From positions 1 to 40,000 of the forward strand of contig NZ_QUMD01000005.1 in the NCBI RefSeq assembly GCF_003481985.1: DNA of 40,000 nt, in the 5' to 3' direction. The DNA comes from Clostridium sp. OF09-36 (GTDB taxonomy: Bacteria > Bacillota > Clostridia > Lachnospirales > Lachnospiraceae). Each line of letters starts with the position of its first letter. Positions within the stretch are counted from its first letter, which is position 1. Shown one piece after another: positions 34,838 to 40,000 of this stretch. The position numbers and the translations under genes were made by a program. The notes beneath the pieces are model-generated. The model did no database searches, was not told where the DNA came from, and saw nothing but the letters and a program-made list of their open reading frames with translations.

Positions 34838-35760
34838 TGGAGATTCAGTTCTATACAATCAGCGAGGATATGGCAAGAGCCGCCAACGATGCCAATTCAA
34901 TGAGTGATTATAAGCAGGGCAGCGCAACAGAGGAATACCGCAAGCGAGTGGAGAGTGTCTATGCGGTTGTTGAGAAAATCAAACAGAAGAGACCGAACCT
35001 TGCTGAAAAGGCAGAGAGAATGGCAGGGAGATACAGCAAAAAGCTGGCGGAATACTACAATTCCTACTACAGAAACGAAGCGAGCTGTCCGTCAGTTCTG
35101 ATTTCTGGAGCCGGTAACTTCCCGGTTAAGAAAAAGAACAAGCAGAACAGCCGCAGGGATTCACTCATGCAGGAGTGGAACAGCCTGGAATCCTATGCAA
35201 AGAAGATTACAAATCTGCTCACAATGAACCAGCCGATTTTATCCGGGGACGCACAGGCCATTGAGATGTTGGAGGAAAAGCTGGAAAGCCTTACAGAGCT
35301 TCAGGACAGAATGAAAGCGGTCAATGCATATTGGAGAAAGCACAAAACAGTCGAGGGATGCCCGGAACTTTCCGTTTCACAGCAGGAAGAATTGAAAAAG
35401 GCTATGTCAGAAAGTTGGCATTTGAGCGATGCACCATTCGCAGGGTATCAGCTTTCAAACAATAATGCAAAAATCAAAAATACCAAGGCAAGACTGGAAA
35501 GACTGAAAAAGGCAAAAGAGGCAGGAACTAAGGAAACAGGGAACGATTTCTTCAAAGTGGTAGAAAATACAGACCTTATGAGATTACAGCTTTTCTTTGA
35601 TGGAAAACCGGATGAAGAAACAAGGGATATTGTAAAAAAACATGGTTTCAGATGGTCACCGAAGAATGGATGCTGGCAGAGGCAGCTTACAACGAATGGC
35701 AAATATGCTTTGAAAGAAGTTATCACAGAATTACAGAAAACGTCTGCTTCGGGCGTATAG
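34837..35760 (+). CDS. DUF3560-like protein
   Basis: C-terminus FFDGKPDEETRDIVKKHGFRWSPKNGCWQRQ is the pattern I associate with DUF3560 of plasmids and phages. Confidence 0.6.
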   Translation: MEIQFYTISEDMARAANDANSMSDYKQGSATEEYRKRVESVYAVVEKIKQKRPNLAEKAERMAGRYSKKLAEYYNSYYRNEASCPSVLISGAGNFPVKKKNKQNSRRDSLMQEWNSLESYAKKITNLLTMNQPILSGDAQAIEMLEEKLESLTELQDRMKAVNAYWRKHKTVEGCPELSVSQQEELKKAMSESWHLSDAPFAGYQLSNNNAKIKNTKARLERLKKAKEAGTKETGNDFFKVVENTDLMRLQLFFDGKPDEETRDIVKKHGFRWSPKNGCWQRQLTTNGKYALKEVITELQKTSASGV

Positions 35761-35774
35761 GAGGTAACAGAGGT

Positions 35775-36044
35775 ATGGCAGAACTTTTGACAAGGGCGAT
35801 TGTAGAAGAATACCGGAAACGTGCAAAAGCTCTGCCGGACACAGCAGGGCAGGACATAAGGGAGCGAAGAGAATTAAGAATTGAGTTACAGAACCGATGC
35901 GGAATAACGGAATTACAGGCAGTTAATATCCTGAACGGATTCCATGCGGACAGCTACATAGTAAGTGAATACAGAAAGGCGGCTGAAAATGCATCGGAGA
36001 AAGCTCAAGACCATGAAAGACTGGGAAAGAGAGGCAAACGGTAA
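35775..36044 (+). CDS. Hypothetical protein
   Basis: ATG 35775 after TAGGAGGT; the track start 35652 overlaps the upstream gene. Confidence 0.5.
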   Translation: MAELLTRAIVEEYRKRAKALPDTAGQDIRERRELRIELQNRCGITELQAVNILNGFHADSYIVSEYRKAAENASEKAQDHERLGKRGKR

Positions 36045-36300
36045 TTGCCAATATAGCTGGTATGATTATGCGAAACCGGGTGACCTGGTGGATGAAAGCG
36101 TATTCATATATTTTATGGATGTCACAACACCAAGAATATACAGAGATGGATACTTGCAGGTGGGTGCGCCATACAGCAGAGTGATGGACGATGAGATGGG
36201 AACGGAGCGTGACACTTTCCCGACTTTTGAAAGGGTGGAGAAAGGCATATACCGGTTCTGCGGAAATTGCTTTGCAGGAGAAACAAAACATATCGAATAA
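35989..36300 (+). CDS. Hypothetical protein (start uncertain: 35989 or 36013)
   Basis: ORF overlaps the end of the previous gene; weak SDs. Confidence 0.45.
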   Translation: MHRRKLKTMKDWEREANGNCQYSWYDYAKPGDLVDESVFIYFMDVTTPRIYRDGYLQVGAPYSRVMDDEMGTERDTFPTFERVEKGIYRFCGNCFAGETKHIE

Positions 36301-36316
36301 CAGGAGGACAAAAAGA

Positions 36317-37183
36317 ATGAGTATCAATTCAATCAGATTAAGTGCATACGGATTCCGTATGGAGGCAGTAGGCAGCAAGAAGTTTATCAAGAGGGAAAGA
36401 GATGCGTTTCTGGAATTTGCGGCAGGAAGAGTAAACGAAACGGCACAGAAATTAGCAGAGGCAGTATGCGCAGAACCGTTGCATCCATTTTGCAACTGCG
36501 CCATGCCTGGTGTGGATTCGGACCAGGAGCATGAAAAGTCAAAAGATACCGGAAAAGAGCTGAACATCACACATAAATACAAGAAAACATTTACGCTGGA
36601 TGAATTAAGAGCACTTATCAGAAACGGAGAAATCCAGAACCATGTTTCGGTTGGAGATACAATCTGGATTATGTTTGACGGAAAAGAGGTTCCATACGAT
36701 GTTATCGGCTTTGATGTGGAGGAACTTGCGGACAAAACGCTTGACCATAGCATGACAATCCAGGCTCATGTAGCGATTGAGGCGAGAGAGTTCGATACAA
36801 AAGGAGATTACGGCAGTAATGTATGGGCGGATTCCGAGCTGAGAGAATATTTACAGAGTGATGAGTTCAAAGAAAGATTTGCAGACCTCATTCCTTACCT
36901 GGCAAAAGTGAAGAAAAACAACAGCAATGGAGAACAGACAGAAGATTTGTTTTTCCTACTCTCAAAAGAGGAGTTCGACCCGGAGGAAACACCATACGAA
37001 TTTTATGAAAATAAGGCGAACAGAGTGAAATTCACAGAGGATGGCAACACCTGCCGACACTGGACCCGCTCGGCTCTTCGGGGCACCTCGTACCTTACGT
37101 GGTATGTGTACTCCGATGGTTACGTCCACGGCTACACCGCGTACTGGGCGTTTCGCTGCGCTCCGGCTTGTACCATTGCATAG
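36317..37183 (+). CDS. DGR target 2: remote variable protein, shorter paralog of the fibre target
   Basis: ATG 36317 after AGGAGGA; C-terminal VR matches TR; shares the GDxI..Y.V.GFD..LAD and N.WA.S.LR..L.S motifs with 21122-22339. Confidence 0.8.
   Translation: MSINSIRLSAYGFRMEAVGSKKFIKRERDAFLEFAAGRVNETAQKLAEAVCAEPLHPFCNCAMPGVDSDQEHEKSKDTGKELNITHKYKKTFTLDELRALIRNGEIQNHVSVGDTIWIMFDGKEVPYDVIGFDVEELADKTLDHSMTIQAHVAIEAREFDTKGDYGSNVWADSELREYLQSDEFKERFADLIPYLAKVKKNNSNGEQTEDLFFLLSKEEFDPEETPYEFYENKANRVKFTEDGNTCRHWTRSALRGTSYLTWYVYSDGYVHGYTAYWAFRCAPACTIA
37067..37171 (+). repeat. DGR variable repeat VR2
   Basis: Gap-free 105-nt alignment with TR 22878-22982; 18 mismatches by hand, 17 at TR adenines. 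Confidence 0.85.
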
Positions 37184-37203
37184 AAATCTATCAATCTTCT
37201 CAT

Positions 37204-37225
37204 CCCGGCACCCATGGATGCCGGG
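37204..37225 (+). promoter_or_regulatory. GC-rich hairpin 3' of VR2
   Basis: CCCGGCA-CCCATGGA-TGCCGGG, 32 nt after the end of VR2; near-identical to 22359-22380. Confidence 0.75.
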
Positions 37226-37249
37226 GAGGGGATAGAAAAGAGGCGCAGA

Positions 37250-37837
37250 ATGGCGAAGAAAAGGACGAGAGCAGAGGAATTGCAGGAAAATTTGCAGAAA
37301 GATTTTCAAAGATGGGAATATCTCAACACGCATGGAGGCAGCGACCCATTATATGAAGATGGCTTCAACATGAACATTGTGCGGAACCATATCATATATG
37401 ACAAGCGGAAGTGCCAGGAGGAGTTGGAAGAAAAGGACTACCCGAAAGAATATTTCAGAGAAACACCGCCGCAGGTAGACAATTATTATATGGCGAGGAT
37501 GGATGAAATCAGGGAAAATGCTAAAAGCTCTCTCTTGGTTTATAAGGCAGATGAAAATTATATTTTTATCATGCAGAATCTTGGGAAGTTGAACGAAAGG
37601 CAAAAAGAACAGTGCCATATCGGTGCGGTCATGGGATATATTACAGGATTGCAGAGTTTTATCAATGGGAATGATTATGTCGGAATGAGGCGGCACGAAC
37701 GCCCGGAAAGATACCAGGACAGTTTTAAATATTGTCGCAAACAGATTGAGGAATACCTGAAAGAGATTCCCAAAGAAAAGGTACTGCCTACCGGACAGCT
37801 TACGTTATTTGACCTATTCGATATGAGTGGAGGCTAG
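37250..37837 (+). CDS. Hypothetical protein
   Basis: ATG 37250 preferred; track start 37214 lies inside the hairpin. Confidence 0.55.
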   Translation: MAKKRTRAEELQENLQKDFQRWEYLNTHGGSDPLYEDGFNMNIVRNHIIYDKRKCQEELEEKDYPKEYFRETPPQVDNYYMARMDEIRENAKSSLLVYKADENYIFIMQNLGKLNERQKEQCHIGAVMGYITGLQSFINGNDYVGMRRHERPERYQDSFKYCRKQIEEYLKEIPKEKVLPTGQLTLFDLFDMSGG

Positions 37838-37840
37838 AAG

Positions 37841-37966
37841 ATGGAGGAAAGAAAGTGCTTGTATTGCAGGAAGATATTTCAGACGGATATTCCAGGAAAG
37901 AAATATTGCTGCCGCAAGTGTTCTGTAAAATACAGGAGGCACAGAAAAGATGGATATAAAAAATAA
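37841..37966 (+). CDS. Small zinc-ribbon protein (41 aa, below the track threshold)
   Basis: MEERKCLYCRKIF...KKYCCRKCSVKYRRHRK: CxxC...CxxC; GGAGG upstream. Confidence 0.45.
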   Translation: MEERKCLYCRKIFQTDIPGKKYCCRKCSVKYRRHRKDGYKK

Positions 37967-38288
37967 AAATGAGTTGAAACGGCGAATAGACCTATTCCTG
38001 CATGATTTCACACATGAGGAATACCGAATCAACGAAGAATATTGCAAAGAAACCATGCGGATAATGGTAGATTTCATAGGTCATGTAGATAATCGCCTGG
38101 ATGCGGCGGACAAGAGATTGAAAAAGGCGAAAGCCGGAGAAAAAGCTCTTGCAGAATACATTATCTCAAATGCTCATAGTTGCCCTATACCGGTGGAAAT
38201 GGTATGCAAACCAGGATTTCAGCAGATAGGATGCGTGCAATGCTTGATAAAGCATCTGGATGTTTTGAATAAGCCGAGGGAGGACTAG
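37950..38288 (+). CDS. Hypothetical protein
   Basis: AGGAGG 37934-39; 112 aa. Confidence 0.5.
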   Translation: MDIKNKNELKRRIDLFLHDFTHEEYRINEEYCKETMRIMVDFIGHVDNRLDAADKRLKKAKAGEKALAEYIISNAHSCPIPVEMVCKPGFQQIGCVQCLIKHLDVLNKPRED

Positions 38289-38291
38289 GAA

Positions 38292-38813
38292 ATGCTGTTA
38301 AATACAAAATGTGAAAGATGCAATGAACCGACCAAACACGTTGTCGGGTTTTGGGATGGAGAAAACGGAAAAAGCGGCTTTGTACATGATTGCGAGAATG
38401 AGAAATGCGAAGTACGGCAACTGATTAAGGCTACAGAAACAAAAGCCATGCAGGAAAGATTCAGAATCCAGAATCTGAACAGCCGAAAAAGAATGTACGC
38501 AGGGTACATAGCAGCATTACGGAAAGACGCAAAAATATCGATGATGGAAATGTCAAAGATTGCCGGTTGCAGTCCGGCTGAATACAGTGCATATGAGCAT
38601 GAAAGAAAGCCATTTGATGAGGAGACTTACAGAAAATGTGAAGAGTATTTGCTGAAAAATGAAAAGAAGTTTAAGTCGAGTGGATTATCTGCATCTGAGA
38701 GGCTACTGCTCCTTGGACCTTTTGCAGGGGAACAGAAAGACTGGAAAGAACTGGAACGGTGGGTTGATACGGTAAATGGAATTATTTACGATTTGCAGAA
38801 AAACAGACAGTAA
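38292..38813 (+). CDS. Zinc-ribbon + HTH (XRE-like) protein
   Basis: N-terminal CERCNE...HDCENEKC; central ISMMEMSKIAGCSPAEYSAYEHERKP HTH-like segment. Confidence 0.55.
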   Translation: MLLNTKCERCNEPTKHVVGFWDGENGKSGFVHDCENEKCEVRQLIKATETKAMQERFRIQNLNSRKRMYAGYIAALRKDAKISMMEMSKIAGCSPAEYSAYEHERKPFDEETYRKCEEYLLKNEKKFKSSGLSASERLLLLGPFAGEQKDWKELERWVDTVNGIIYDLQKNRQ

Positions 38814-38824
38814 GGAGAAAAAAG

Positions 38825-39481
38825 ATGGAAGTTAAAATTATTAGTGGATATGGAGAAAATACATTTCAGATGGACGATGCGGATACAATGTCACTTCTTA
38901 ATAACGCCATGAGATTCCATAATAAAATCAAAGCGATTGACGGTGTTGAGGATAATACTGGTATCAAAGCTGAAAAGGAAGAGGAAATCAAGGAAAGTAT
39001 CACAGCACAAGAATTTGTGAAAAGAATGCAGGAAAAGCCTCACAGCCGGAATGACAGCCTGTTTGGTACTGGATGGAAGAAAGAACCAGAGAAAACCGAA
39101 GAGCCGCAGGATATGGAACATCCTGACGGATACAAAGGGTTCCTGTATATCAAATGCGATAAATGCGGAAAGGAAAAAGGATTCTGTGCAAAAGAAAAAA
39201 TCAAGTCCTATAAATGTGAATGTGGCAAAGAAACGGAACTGGTAAACCTTAAACCGCTTTATACGAAATGCAAGTGTGGCAATGAATTTAAGTACATGAC
39301 AAATATGAATACTGCGGAATTTACTTATAAATGCTTTACTTGCGGTAGTCCTGTAGATGTAAAGATGAACAGCAGAAGAACAGCCTATATTACAATCGGG
39401 GGGGGTACTAAAGGTTATACCGCAAGCTGGCTCGGAAATATGGTGCATCAGTTAGTTGCTGGTAAAAGAAAGAGAGGCTAA
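38825..39481 (+). CDS. Multi-Cys zinc-ribbon protein; G8 tract near the 3' end
   Basis: CDKCGK...CECGK...CKCGN...CFTCGS motifs; the C-terminus depends on the length of G8 at 39398-39405. Confidence 0.55.
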   Translation: MEVKIISGYGENTFQMDDADTMSLLNNAMRFHNKIKAIDGVEDNTGIKAEKEEEIKESITAQEFVKRMQEKPHSRNDSLFGTGWKKEPEKTEEPQDMEHPDGYKGFLYIKCDKCGKEKGFCAKEKIKSYKCECGKETELVNLKPLYTKCKCGNEFKYMTNMNTAEFTYKCFTCGSPVDVKMNSRRTAYITIGGGTKGYTASWLGNMVHQLVAGKRKRG

Positions 39482-39483
39482 AA

Positions 39484-39897
39484 ATGAATAAAGCAATCGA
39501 GATAGGCCGCCTTACGCGCGACCCGGAAGTTAGATATTCGCAGGGGAACAATACAGCAGTAGCAAGATACACTATTGCGGTAGACAGAAAATTCAAAAGA
39601 GAGGGAGAACAAACAGCAGATTTCATCCCTTGCGTAGTGTTTGGAAAACAGGCGGAGTTTGCCGAGAAGTATTTCAGAAAAGGAACAAAAGTTGTTATTT
39701 CTGGAAGAATCACAACAGGAAGTTATACAAACAAGGATGGTCAGAAAATATATACCACTGAAATAACAGTGGAGGAGCAGGAGTTCGCAGAGAGCAAAGG
39801 AAGTAGCGAAGCACAGGGAACCGGTCAGATGCCAACTCCGAATGGCGATGGTTTTATGAGCGTCCCAGATGATGATACCGGCTTACCGTTCAATTAG
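39484..39897 (+). CDS. ssb: Single-stranded DNA-binding protein
   Basis: OB-fold N-terminus IGRLTRDPEVRY...FIPCVVFGKQAE; acidic tip DDDTGLPF at the C-terminus. Confidence 0.9.
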   Translation: MNKAIEIGRLTRDPEVRYSQGNNTAVARYTIAVDRKFKREGEQTADFIPCVVFGKQAEFAEKYFRKGTKVVISGRITTGSYTNKDGQKIYTTEITVEEQEFAESKGSSEAQGTGQMPTPNGDGFMSVPDDDTGLPFN

Positions 39898-39917
39898 AAT
39901 TATGAGGAGAAATATCA

Positions 39918-40000
39918 ATGCTTGCAAATTATGAAAAATTCGGTTTCAAAATTAAGGCGGAGCATCTGCCTGAATCATGCACATGGTGTCCTTTTTGGAC
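39918..40000 (+). CDS. Start of an unidentified ORF running off the window
   Basis: ATG 39918 is 7 nt after GAGGAGA; only 27 codons visible. Confidence 0.3.
   Translation, partial: MLANYEKFGFKIKAEHLPESCTWCPFW

Noticed and set aside
35923-36753. Long minus-strand ORFs (e.g. 35923-36753, 12180-12992, 10824-11426, 27847-28551, 25497-26024, 7157-7723, 38891-39448)
   Set aside because: All are antisense to well-supported + strand genes. They are Ser/Leu/Phe-rich, as expected from reading purine-rich codons backwards. They lack SDs and span several + strand gene boundaries.

Overview
About 40 kb of a contractile-tailed (PBSX/Xkd-like) phage, prophage or phage-plasmid from a low-GC Gram-positive-type host (strong AGGAGG Shine-Dalgarno sites). 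Every credible gene is on the + strand. Gene order: portal (partial), head morphogenesis, XkdF-like protease, scaffold, decoration protein, major capsid, connector genes, sheath, tube, tail chaperone (with a -1 slippery site), tape measure, LysM and baseplate genes (XkdP-U-like), tail-collar/fibre genes. Then comes a complete diversity-generating retroelement (DGR: variable fibre protein, avd, TR, RT), followed by XkdX-like, holin and endolysin genes and a lipoprotein moron. A ~490 bp non-coding region with DnaA boxes, hairpin-iterons and a hexamer array follows. Three early operons come last, each preceded by a nearly identical promoter module, and the window ends with SSB. Main points: (1) The DGR has two targets. 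One is the fibre gene next to TR. The other is a remote paralog about 14 kb downstream, inside the early-gene region, carrying the same 22-nt hairpin 3' of its VR. (2) An origin-like non-coding region. (3) A triplicated promoter/inverted-repeat module. (4) G9 and G8 homopolymer tracts inside ORFs. Caveat: at least five ORFs are broken by frameshifts that are all repaired by adding one base at a short homopolymer. The consensus may therefore carry systematic deletion errors, or the element is decaying. Product names rest on remembered family motifs and synteny; no database search was possible. No tRNA, rRNA, CRISPR array, integrase or divergent repressor was seen.
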